DNA from: Macrostomum lignano
Taxonomy: Eukaryota
Assembly (NCBI GenBank): GCA_002269645.1
Contig: NIVC01000412.1
Coordinates: 434,001 to 498,000, forward strand
Length of the DNA: 64,000 bases
Direction: 5' to 3'
In this document: positions 52,801-64,000 of the stretch, in pieces
Layout: each line of letters opens with the position of its first letter
Numbering within the stretch: position 1 is the stretch's first letter
Translations under genes and position numbers: made by a program
The notes under the pieces: model-generated
Seen by the model: only the letters and a program-made list of their open reading frames with translations
What the model was told of the DNA's origin: nothing
Databases searched by the model: none

Positions 52801-55069
52801 GGAAAACGATCTAATAACTATTGATTTCCTGGAAAACGATCTACTGACTATTGATTTCCTGGAAAACGATCTAATAAACTATTGATTTCCTGGAAAACTA
52901 TCTAATAACTATTGATTTCCTGGAAAACGATCTATTAACTATTGGTTTTCTGGAAAACGATCTAATAAATGTAGATTTCCTAGAAAACGATCTAATATAA
53001 CTATTTATTTCCTAGAAAACGATCTAATAACTATTGATTTTCTGGAAAACGATCTACTGACTATTGATTTCCTGGAAAACGATCTACTGACTATTGATTT
53101 TCTGGAAAACGATCTAATAACCATTGATTTTCTGGAAAACGATCTACTGACTATTGATTTCCTGGAAAACGATCTACTGACTATTGATTTTCTGGAAAAC
53201 GATCTAATAACTATTGATTTTCTGGAAAACGATCCACTGACTATTGATTTCCTGGAAAACGATCTACTGACTATTGATTTTCTGGAAAACGATCTACTGA
53301 CTATTTATTTTCTGGAAAACGATCTAATAACTTTGATTCCCTGGAAAACGATCTAATAAATGTAGATTTCCTAGAAAACGATCTAATATAACTATTTATT
53401 TCCTAGAAAACGATCTAATAACTATTGATTTCCTGGAAAACGATCTACTAACTATTGATTTCCTGGAAAACTATCTACTGACTATTGATTTCCTGGAAAA
53501 CGATCTAATAAATGTAGATTTCCTAGAAAACGATCTAATATAACTATTTATTTCCTAGAAAACGATCTAATAACCATTGATTTTCTGGAAAACGATCTAA
53601 TAACTATTTATTTCCTGGAAATCGATCTACTAACTGTTGTTTTTTTTTGGAAAACGATTTCTTCTATAGATTTTGGTGGCAAATTTTTTAGGTCACCTGG
53701 CTTACAGAAGAAAAAATTAGAAAAAAATTAGAAATTCCCTGCAGCACCAACTTACCAGTGAGGATTTTTATATCTGGCCGAGTTTTGCGACCTTTTCTGT
53801 CTGGGAGGCAGTTGAGATTGGTCAGAATCTCTCCTACTGTTTGTCAGCACGCCGCCCTCTGCGAATCCGACTGCAATGATGGGTTGGCTTTATGGACTAG
53901 AGTTTAGGGTTGCATGGGGCCGGCGTGATGAGGATGAGATGCTGGGACATGATGAGGCAGGGGTGATGAGGATGAGATGCTGGTATATGATGGGGCTGGG
54001 ATGATGAGGAGGAGATGCTCGGACATGATGGGCAGGGGTGATGAGGATGAGATGCTGGGACATAATGAGACTGGGGTGATGAGGATGAGATGCTGGGACA
54101 CGATGAGTCTGGGGTGATGAGGATGAGATGCTGGGACATAATGAGTCTGGGGTGATGAGGATGAGATGCTGGGACATGATGAGGCTGAGATGATTAGGAT
54201 GAGATGCTGGGACATGCTGAGGCTGGGATGATGAGGATGAGATGCTGGGACATGATGGGGCTGTGATGATGAGGAGAAGATGCTGGGACATAATGAGACT
54301 GGGGTGATGAGGATGAGATGCTGGGACATAATGAGACTGGGGTGATGAGGAGAAGATGCTGGGACACGATGAGTCTGGGGTGATGAGGATGAGATGCTGG
54401 GACATAATGAGTCTGGGGTGATGAGGATGAGATGCTGGGACACGATGAGTCTGGGGTGATGAGGATGAGATGCTGGGACATAATGAGACTGGGGTGATGA
54501 GGATGAGATGCTGGGACATAATGAGTCTGGGGTGATGAGGATGAGATGCTGGGACATAATGAGTCTGGGGTGATGAGGATGAGATGCTGGGACATGATGA
54601 GGCTGAGATGATGAGGATGAGATGCTGGGACATGCTGAGGCTGGGATGCTGCACAAGATGAGATGAGGCTCAGGGGAGCAGCCAGTACTCACAGTCGTCC
54701 GCCAGTTTGCTGGGCGCGCCCCTGTCCCCGTCAGCGCTGAGGTAGAGCATCAGCACGCCGTCCGCTGGCAACTCCTTGAAGCCGGAGGCGAGAAAAGCGT
54801 TGAGCTGCGCCAGGCTGGGCTTGTACAGCAAATACTTGTGCGGATTCTCTCGCCTAGACGAGGCCGAGGCTGACGAACCGCCGACCAGCTGCAGCTGCTG
54901 CCTGACGACTGCCGAGCCGCCTCTGCCGTACTCGGAGCCGTTGCTATGCTGCTTATACAGCCGGTGGCCGGAGGCGCTCACCACGCCGCCGGCGACTGCG
55001 CCCAGCGGGCTGTCGAATCCGCTGGCTACGATGCCTGCAGCATCAGTGGAATACTGGTGATGCGGATGA

Positions 55070-55101
<32 letters not shown>

Positions 55102-58100
55102 CGACTGCGGCTCCCGTTCCAGAGTCTGCAACATTCGGAACATGTCCAACGTGAGCTCGCTAAACTTTGCCTGCTCGGCACAGTTGCCAACCAGTACAAC
55201 TTCGGCTAGGCGGAGGCCCGAACTTGACGAGGCGGCAGCGGCGGTGGTGGTGGACAGGGCCGAGGTGGCCGCGGCGGCTGCTGGGCTGAGGCGGTTCGAC
55301 AGCACCACGGGCATGGAGTCCTGGTCCAGCACGGAGACGACGCTGTCGGCTGCGATGAAGGCGCGGATCTCTTGCAGCACCTGCAGGCAGCAGAGAGAGA
55401 GGGGATAAATACTTTTCAATAGACTGTACATGCGTAGATGCAGGCAAATAGCATCAGTTCTGAAAGCCAGCTAATCTAGCCTCAGATATCAGCATTCTCT
55501 TTCAGTCCTTTGGCATCTCAGCAATTCCCCGTGAGCCTTGGCATCTCAGCAATTCCCCTCTTGAGCCTTGGCATCTCAGCAATTCCCCTCTTGAGCCTTG
55601 GCATCTCAGCATCCCCGTGAGCCTTGGCATCTCAGCAATTCCCCGTGAGCCTTGGCATCTCAGCAATTCAATTTCCCTGTGAGCCTTGGCATTTCAGCAA
55701 TTCCCTTCTTGAGCCTTGGCATCTCAGCAATTCCCCTCGTGAGCCTTGGCATCTCAGCAATTCCCCTCGTGAGCCTTGGCATCTCAGAAATCCCCCGTGA
55801 GCCTTGGCATCTCAGAAATCCCCCGTGAGCCTTGGCATCTCAGAAATCCCCCGTGAGCCTTAGCATCTCAGCAATTCTCCGTGAGCCTTGGCATCTCAGC
55901 AATTCCCCGTGAGCCTTGGCATCTCAGCAATTCCCCGTGAGCCTTGGCATCTCAGCAATTCCCCGTGAGCCTTATCATTCCTGTGCAGCGCTCTGTGCTA
56001 CGTCTTTTAAACAATACGCATTCACAATTTACACTTAATAGGCAGCATTACATACACATTTGTTGACAATAGTTAGAAGTTAGTTTGATACAGCCTTCAA
56101 TTTTTTCTAAGAAATAACGTGACCTAATTGATCACGGTGGAACAATTTTTTTAATTTTTGTTATTTACAGATGTGAAGAACTAAAGTCAAGTCACGGCTG
56201 AATCCATTCCCGATATGTAGCGTAAATATTTTATTACACTGCTGAACTGAATAGCCAGTTACCTGGGCCCACTCGGCGGCGTCAGCAGGCTGGTAGATGC
56301 CAGTGTAGTCTTCAATTTGCCTGGCCAACTCTCTGATCAGCTCGCGCACTAAGGGCAGCTTTTTCAATAGCAAGCAGACAATTACGAAGCGGGCGTAATA
56401 CCGAAGCTTTTTCACCATGAGGTCCGGCCTGTTGTGTGGGAAAATAGCATAATGCGAATATTCTAACTACTGATAGTAGACAGTTCAGGTATCAAAACAA
56501 TACTTTGCAGAAAGGCTAAGAATTATAGGAGTGAGACTAATAGATTCTGGGAGTGAGACTAATAGATTCTGGGAGTGAGACTAATAGATTCTGGGAGTGA
56601 GACTAATAGATTCGCGAAGTGAGACTAATAGATTCTCGAAGTGAGACTAATAGATTCTGGGAGTGAGACTAATAGATTCTGGGAGTGAGACTAATAGATT
56701 CTGGGAGTGAGACTAATAGATTCTGGAAGTGAGACTAATAGATTCTGGGAGTGAGACTAATAGATTCTGGGAGTGAGACTAATAGATTCTGGGAGTGAGA
56801 CTAATAGATTCTGGAAGTGAGACTAATAGATTCTGGAAGTGAGACTAATAGATTCTGGGAGTGAGACTAATAGATTCTGGGAGTGAGACTAATAGATTCT
56901 GGGAGTGAGACTAATAGATTCTGGGAGTGAGACTAATAGATTCTGGGAGTGAGACTAATAGATTCTGGGAGTGAGACTAATAGTTCTGGAAGTGAGGAAT
57001 GAAATGACGTATATGAAACGAAACCAATCTCTCACCTTTCCTCTTTATTAGCCTTCGAATAGTAGGCGCGCAATCTAATTGCCGAATAGAAAGCAAAAGA
57101 CTCATTAAGATAATTAGTCTCGCTAGTTCGGAGATAATAATGATAATACAGTTGACCAATTTTGGACGCGATCTCTCCGATCTGCCATCTCTTCAATCCG
57201 TAGCCTCCATCCAGCAGCTGCCTGTGCTGCTGTTGGAATTTCCACAGTTTGGTGTAGACATCGAATGCCCGGCCGAAGTGAGACTGCCACTGCTTGTGAC
57301 CATACTGTGGCAGGTCCCTGCGGGTTACATTAACAACTATGATAGAAACACATTGTCAAACACAGCGTAATTGTCTTAGAAAAGTTCAGTGGCATAGCTA
57401 GGATCCTTACAGACAGCTAGCCATTAATTTTTTGAATATTGATCTTATATCTATGAAAATAAATTATATTTTGAACTTAATTATATTCTTGAAATTTTAA
57501 ATAAAAAATAAAATAAGATTAAAATCTTATTTCAATTGATTTTTTTTCTTGTTAGTATCTAGCAATGTCTTGATTTAGACAAAACTGAACTAAAAAAATA
57601 TAAATATTTTAATAGTAAAAAGCTATATTTATAAACTTCAAATTTATATATTTTGTAGAATGTTACAGCTAACATAAGGTAAAAAATGATTAATTTTATG
57701 GACTTCTTAAAAATGCAAACGAAACAAAATATTAAAAAAGTTATCAAAAACTTTTTGCTAGTAAATGTTGATGATGTTTAAAACTATTATAAAATCATTA
57801 TTTAAGCAGATAATATACTAACATATAGTCTATATAATAGACTTGTATAATAGTTCAGCCTCATGAATAATATGTTATGAATAATATGATAATATATAAT
57901 ATTCAGCTTATGAATAATATTTAGTTCAGCCTTAACAATAGCCCATTTATACTTTTTGCTCATAAAAGTTGATAGTTGACATGAAATTTAAGCTAAAAAA
58001 ATCTTTAAGGACAGAATATGAGATTTTTCGAATTAATACACCATACTTTTAATTCATAAAACCTAATGTGTAGGCTTTCTTTATCCCAAACAATATCATA

Positions 58101-58272
58101 TCCCATCTCACAGTTTGATATTGTTAAAACAAATAGACTCTAAACAACAAGCTATTAACATCATACCTGAGTCCGTTAAAAAGCTGTTTCGATTTTTCAA
58201 GTAAATGACAGAACTCGTATATTACATTCTGTGTATCCGAGCTGATACCAATGCCTCCATTTTCACGAATAT
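49900..58272 (-). CDS. SCAI: Protein SCAI (suppressor of cancer cell invasion); start exon not located, last codons ambiguous
   Basis: Exons 58272..58167, 57317..57036, 56428..56263, 55380..54693, 53870..53756, 52187..52106, 51455..51383, 51292..51119, 50178..49900 (or read-through to 49430) with matching phases. Motifs LEKSKQLFNGLRDLPQYG, WQIGEIASKIGQLYYHYYLRTSE, KKLRYYARF, RRENPHKYLLYKP, YPGDLFPYTRKPMFIVVDS, NLFGQP and GSLFTLFL. Confidence 0.92.
50215..51110. repeat. 29-bp minisatellite filling a SCAI intron
   Basis: Unit ctgggaggctggctgctcaacctaagaat, about 30 copies. Confidence 0.95.
51528..51898. repeat. 21-bp minisatellite in a SCAI intron
   Basis: Unit gacacgattctgtcactgtct. Confidence 0.95.
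52470..53640. repeat. 30-bp minisatellite in a SCAI intron
   Basis: Unit gatttcctggaaaacgatctaataactatt, about 38 copies. Confidence 0.95.
53925..54660. repeat. 38-bp minisatellite in a SCAI intron
   Basis: Unit gatgagatgctgggacataatgagtctggggtgatgag. Confidence 0.95.
55510..55975. repeat. 28-31-bp minisatellite in a SCAI intron
   Basis: Unit gagccttggcatctcagcaattccccgt. Confidence 0.95.
56528..56990. repeat. 22-bp minisatellite in a SCAI intron
   Basis: Unit gggagtgagactaatagattct, about 21 copies. Confidence 0.95.
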
Positions 58273-60979
58273 CTAAAGACATTTTAAATCTGAAAAATGG
58301 TACATTAAGCCTTCTTTACTGACAAAATATTGGGGGAAACATGCATAAATACTAATTCTTTTTAATCACACTTTCATTCCTAATGAAATTTTCAGAAGTA
58401 AATTACTTTAACATAAAACAATTACTATTTGCTGAGACGGTTCTTAAATATTTACAAAAAGAGATATTGGAAATGAAACAATCTTCGAAATATCGTGTAT
58501 AATTAATTATCATTAGGTTTGTCAATAAGTCTTATTGCATAAGAAGACTTCAGATAATAATCTTTTTAAGATATTTGGCAAAGTTTTTATGTTTCGTATA
58601 AATTGTCTGCTTGAGTTTGGAATAATTTGTTTTAACATTTACTTTTCCAGCAAAATTTACGGACTAAGAATCTTTACAAAATTTGCAACTATCAAAGCCA
58701 ACTATCTAAATTATAAAGTGAATTTGTTTTCTTTTAGGCTATCCAAGCTTGGTTATTTATAGAAGAGGCAAAGCTAAAAAGCCAGACTGTTATAAGACCT
58801 TTTTATGAAGAAACGTAATGAATTTAATATAAAAAATACTTGCTTGAGATCGATTGCAGTAGATCCAAAAAGTTGCATTATACGACAACCATTGTTGCAA
58901 CCTTTGCAACTGATTTGCAACCAAGCTCAAACAACATATAGACGCATATATCGCAAAATGCCCTTTTCCAGAGTGGTATTTTTTGAAAAACTAGTGTACG
59001 TCTAGTAATATTTTTATCCGTTATAGAGACAAAAAAAAAAAAAAAAAAACAATTATCCGATTATTTTGCAAATTTTCTAAATTATAATTTTTACGCAGCT
59101 AAATTCAGTCGTCGCAAAATTGCCGTGCACATCTTCAAATTATTACTTTTTTTAACATTCATCAATGACCGACATGTGATAAGAGCAGCGAACATTGATG
59201 ATAGAAAGTTGATTTATCATGAGATGAATTTTGCGTTATAGCATACGCACGCGGTATAAAGGAGGTGGGAAAAGGGCACACTGTGCTTTCTACCAGATAA
59301 GGGTCTCCGCCAAGCAATTATGTAGGTTTGATTTCTCATTCTAGTTACGAATAAGTAAACGAATTGTTGAGAGACACAACAAGTGACACAATAGACTATA
59401 AAAAGAGACATTGTCGTCTCACAGAAGCTGATCAAATACAAAATAAATCGGGAACGAAATTGACGCAGAACACTCATATAATAGATTTGCATGTATATAT
59501 ATGTATAATATTTAGCTCAAGAAGCAAAAAAGGGCAGACAGACACATAAGGAAATTATAAGACAGATGGGCAGTTTAAACAGAATTACAATTTTGAGGCC
59601 GCTGTACACATTTGAAATCGGCGAAACAGAAACACAGGAAATGTTCCAATTAAATAACTATTACTAGTATTTTTGCAATAAAACAACAAAAACATTATAA
59701 CTCTCCAAGGCGAGCGAAGCGCGACCTATATTAATAAATAAAAATATTTTGCTATGCTCGCACAAGAATACGTTGGGCAATAAAATATGTCGGATCACGT
59801 TTGTGAAAATAGTAGTAGTATAATATAAGTAGTACGGTGTAGAAATATTTTTATATGCAGCAAAGTGGACTGACTTCGATAAAGCAGCAAAATAAAAAGT
59901 ACGCAATTAAAAAATAGCCAAATTATTATTACATTAAAAAGCTTCGCACACTCGCATGAAACACAAGATAGCAAGAGAAAGAGCAAATTAAAACAAACCA
60001 GACAGACTTATTAAGGCGTTATTTACACTTGCTAACAGTGCCCGATTTGTGCCGCTTTGCGCAATCTAAATTGTGCTTCGCTACTTGCTACTAACTGAAC
60101 AAGTATACACAAGTAGTGCGGTTGGGATATGATGAACATAATTAAATAGCGCTGTAAAAACACTTAGCGTGAAAAGGGCAACTCAACAGACACGGGCACG
60201 GGAACAATGGGAGATGGGAGGCAGCTTCGAACTTTGAATATTAATTAAATATCTAAGAGGGAGCTGTCAAAGTTATTTAACAACAGTTTAGAAGAAACAA
60301 CGACAACAATAAAAGAAGCATCTAGGCTTAGAGCGCAGAAGAACGTATGCTATTGCCAATTACATAGCAATATTGTTAATAAAAGCAACGGCACTCGAGT
60401 TCAAATTGTCCATTATTTGTTATGCAGCGCTTGGGAATTGTGGCGCCAAATTAAATTAAGTAAGCGATGAATTTTATAACCATGAATAATCAATTTCACA
60501 AACTTATAATAGACTACTGATACTTTATTGGAAAGTAAACTAATTAGTAAATTTATAAGTAGTATATTCAGTATATTCAGTAGGTAGGCGATACAATAAG
60601 CTTATAAATGATACAGAAAGTGTCGAGGGCAGAAAGACACAAGGACACGCGGAGAGTTAAGCAGAAACAGACGGGAACGAACACCTCATATCATTACAAT
60701 TATTTCAATTCAAGGATCTCCGGAGTGATGGAGACAAGAAGTAATTGATTATTTTGAACACTAATTTTATTTAAAGAGAGCAACAGGAACTTCTTGAACC
60801 GCACATATTGAGACTGGAAATAATATAAAACACCAACAACAACAAACAAAAATTTGCTTTGCTTGTGAATCTACTAACAGTAATATAAAAGCAAGCACAA
60901 AGCGATTCATTGCAATATTATACATAATATTATTAAACTAATTTAGCTTAGTGAAGGTAGGCAGGGTAGACCAGATCAG

Positions 60980-61250
60980 ATGGGTCAGGCGGGTCAACGT
61001 GGGTCAGAATGTAATAGAGTGGGTCAGTTAATAGAGAATCAGTTTGGGTCAATATGGGTCAGGTTTCATCAATTTGGGTCAGCCTGGGTCAATATGGGTC
61101 AGTTTCATCAATTTGGGTCAGCCCGGGTCAATATGGGTCAGGTTTCATCCATCTGGGTCAACCCGGGTCAATATGGGTCAGGTTTCATCCATCTGGGTCA
61201 GCCCGGGTCAAAATGGGTCATGGTTCATCAATCTGGGTCAGCCTGAGTCA
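60980..61250. repeat. Roughly 40-bp GGGTCA-rich repeat between TLK and SCAI
   Basis: Unit gggtcaatatgggtcaggtttcatccatctgggtcagccc. Confidence 0.9.
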
Positions 61251-61436
61251 AGACAGACCAAGATAGCTCTTCAATAAGAGTTAAAGAGTAGGCAGAATTG
61301 CAATTATCGCCAGCAACTCAAAACAGCCTGGGCGACAATAAAATTTCTGCAACCAATTCAACAATCAAATTGATTATACAACGCAGGAGAGGCTCAACTC
61401 ATAGAGGAATGATGATGGATCGATGGAAGGGGGTCA

Positions 61437-64000
61437 TCAGACTGGCCCAGGCGGGGGCATGAGACCCCAGGCGCTGCTGCCGCCACTGCCACTGCCGCTG
61501 CCAACCCCAGCTGGCGAGTAGGCCGCCGTAGTGGTGTCGAATTTCAATTGCGCCTTCGACTTCAGATACTCGTCCTCGGCCAGTTGGAACACATCGGGGC
61601 GTTGGCGCTTGTCGTAGGTGACGCACCGGCGGATGAAGTTCTTGGCCGGCTCGGACACCTTGCAGTTGCCGGGCGTTGATTGGGGGAAATCGATTTTTAA
61701 CGCCTTCAGTATGGTGTGGTTGCGCAGGATGTCGGCCTGGGTCATGTTGTTACCGAACGGCTTCTGGCCGTAGAGGCACTGGTAGAAGATGACACCAACG
61801 CTCCACACGTCCACCTGGTTGAGGATTTTTATTACATATTTTAATGTAAGAGAGGCTTTGAGTATGTGGCGAGGGATCTGGGATTTGGGACTAAGGCAGG
61901 AAAGACAACTGAGTGAAAATACTAAAATAATTTGACTGCTAAGTCTAACCCTAACCTAAACTCCAACCCTAACCTAGTCACCAACTCTAACCTAAACTGC
62001 CTGCTGGGGGGTGCCTGCTATCTGGGGGATGCTTGCTTTCGGGGGATGCTTGCTATCTGGGGGATGCTTGCTTTCGGGGGATGCTTGCTATCTGGGGGAT
62101 GCTTGCTATCTGGGGATGCTTGCTATCTGGGGGATGCTTGCTATCTGGGGGATTCTTGCTATTTGGGGGATGCTTGCTAACTGGGGGATGCTTGCTATCT
62201 GGGGGATGCTTTCTGTCTGGGGGATACTTGCTATCTGGGGGATGCTTGCTATTTGGGGGATGCTTGCTATTTGGGGGATGCTTGCTATCTGGGGGATGCT
62301 TGCTATCTGGGGGATGCTTGCTATCTGGGGGATGCTTGCTATCTGAGGGATGCTTGCTATCTGAGGGATGCCTGCTATCTTTGGGATGATTGCTGTCTGG
62401 GGGATGCCTGCTGTCTGGGGGATGTCTGCTATCTGGGGGATGCCTGCTGTCTGGGGGATGCCTGCTGTCTGGGGGATGTCTGCTATCTGGGGGATGCTTG
62501 CTATCTGGAGGATGCTTGCTATCTGGAGGATGCTTGCTCTCTGAGGGATGCTTGCTATCTGAGGGATGCTTGCTATCTGGAGGATGCTTGCTATCTGGGG
62601 GATGCTTGCTATCTGGGGGATGCTTGCTATCTGGGGGATGCTTGCTATCTGGGGGATGCTTGCTATCTGAGGGGGGTGGTTGCTGTCTGGGGAATGTTTT
62701 CGATTTAGGGGGAATGCCTTTTATCTCTTTGAGGGCTTTATTTTGTTGCGTCCTTTAGTTACTTTTAGAAGCACGAGATTCATAGCAAGCATCTTTGTCC
62801 TTGACAATTGTACTCGAAAAGGGGATTTATAAAAGTGAAGAAGGAATTGTTTCCTAAGAAAATGTGTTTTTTTAATGGATTTGCTTGAATAATTTTGCTC
62901 CTTGCTTATTGGGCGCCCCAAAGGGGGCACTAGATTGCTAGTTCTAAATTCCTAAACCCCAATCTAAATCGTTATTGTAAAAATAAGCAGAGCAGACAGC
63001 AGAGCCAGTCAGAGTGACAACTCTCCAAAAGTTCAGGTTAGTGGGCTAAAAGAAAGTAAAGCTCAACGCGGTACCTTGCTAGAAATTTTTGGTGCCTCTG
63101 GCCCGGTCTCAAAGCACTCAGGCGGCAGGTACCAGTAAGTTCCGGCGCCCTGACTAGTGAGGTCCATTCCGGAGTCCGCCTGGAACTTGTCCTCTGTCAT
63201 CACTTTGCTCAGGCCGAAGTCCGTCAGCTTGATGTCGGCAACTGAGTCGCCTTCGCCTAGCAGAATGTTGCCGGGCTTCAGGTCGTAGTGAATGACTGGC
63301 GGCCGGCGCTGGTTCAGGTACTTGAGAGCGCTCACCACCTGACAGAAGTTCAATTAATGTAGTTGTACTTAGTTAGGTTTGCTATCATAGCAACTATCGA
63401 TTAATAGTAGTTCCCAAGGCAAGTAATAAGTACACCTGAACCTACCTGATCATGCACTTCCTGGCCATAGCAACGAAAGATTTACACCCATCATAAAACA
63501 ATGCCAATCTCCATAGCAACCAAAGATTTACACCCATCATAAAACAAAGCCAATCTCCATAGCAACCAAAGATTTACACCCATCATAAAACAAACCCAAT
63601 CGCCATAGCAACCAAAGATTTACAGTTTACACCCATCATAAAACAAACCCAATCTCCATAGCAACCAAATGTAGCAACAACAAGAGATTCAATTAAACCA
63701 AAGCTCATACATACCTGACAAATTACATTCCGGGCCTCTCTTTCCGGCAGGCTTTTGTTCTGTTTAAGATAAAAGTCCAAATCGCAGCCCTTGGAATACT
63801 CCAGCACAGTGCAGAAGCAGTCGCTATCAATATCGAACACATCGTAGACTTTCACAATTCTCGGGTGCTGTAAAGTTTTGTGAATTTCAATCTCTCGAAC
63901 AGCGTGCCGAATGTAATTGTCCTTCTTCTCCTTGGGCCAAGACGGGCTCAGCTGGTGGATTTTGCATGCGACAAATCTGTGCTCGGTCATGTCGTAGGCT
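61437..64000 (-). CDS. TLK: Tousled-like kinase, C-terminal kinase exons, 5'-partial
   Basis: Exons >64000..63715, 63338..63075, 61814..61437. Motifs KIHQL...W...[86 protein letters not shown]. Confidence 0.95.
62005..62700. repeat. 18-bp minisatellite in a TLK intron
   Basis: Unit atctgggggatgcttgct, preceded by degenerate (taaccc)n at 61945-62000. Confidence 0.95.
63465..63670. repeat. 43-bp minisatellite in a TLK intron
   Basis: Unit ccatagcaaccaaagatttacacccatcataaaacaaacccaatct, about 4.5 copies. Confidence 0.9.

Noticed and set aside
59290-59345. Candidate SCAI first coding exon
   Set aside because: Weak donor (GTAGAA) and no homology. The start was left unassigned.
59660-59730. ctagt plus gcgagcgaagcgcg as a Helitron 3' end
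   Set aside because: The hairpin-to-CTRR spacing (about 45 nt) and pairing do not fit, and no 5' end was identified.

Overview
Animal nuclear DNA with the standard genetic code, GT-AG introns and GC-rich exons in AT-rich, repeat-laden spacers. The style resembles a free-living flatworm such as Macrostomum, but that is inference. I spliced six conserved multi-exon genes by hand with consistent intron phases: an SNX9/18/33 sorting nexin (+, 5' end outside the window), CPT2 (-), calumenin/reticulocalbin (+), a neurabin/spinophilin-like PDZ gene (-), SCAI (-) and a Tousled-like kinase (-, 5' end outside). There are also two intronless CDSs: RPL12 (+) and a 428-aa orphan (+) preceded by a cluster of kB-like palindromes. 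Mobile DNA comprises an intact DD34D mariner, a THAP-only P-like element inserted into a CORE-like SINE, a stop-interrupted Merlin element, a decayed Ty3/Gypsy gag-pro relic, and several nested non-autonomous elements with 8-bp TSDs. The most striking feature is that about 20 of roughly 24 introns, and most intergenic gaps, each carry a tandem array, usually with its own 16-80 bp unit. One array family recurs in two genes 50 kb apart, one array is an amplified transposon subterminal motif, and one array may contain its own splice acceptor. Most long ORFs in the supplied track are translations of these arrays. All coordinates and copy numbers were read by eye, and no database searches were run.
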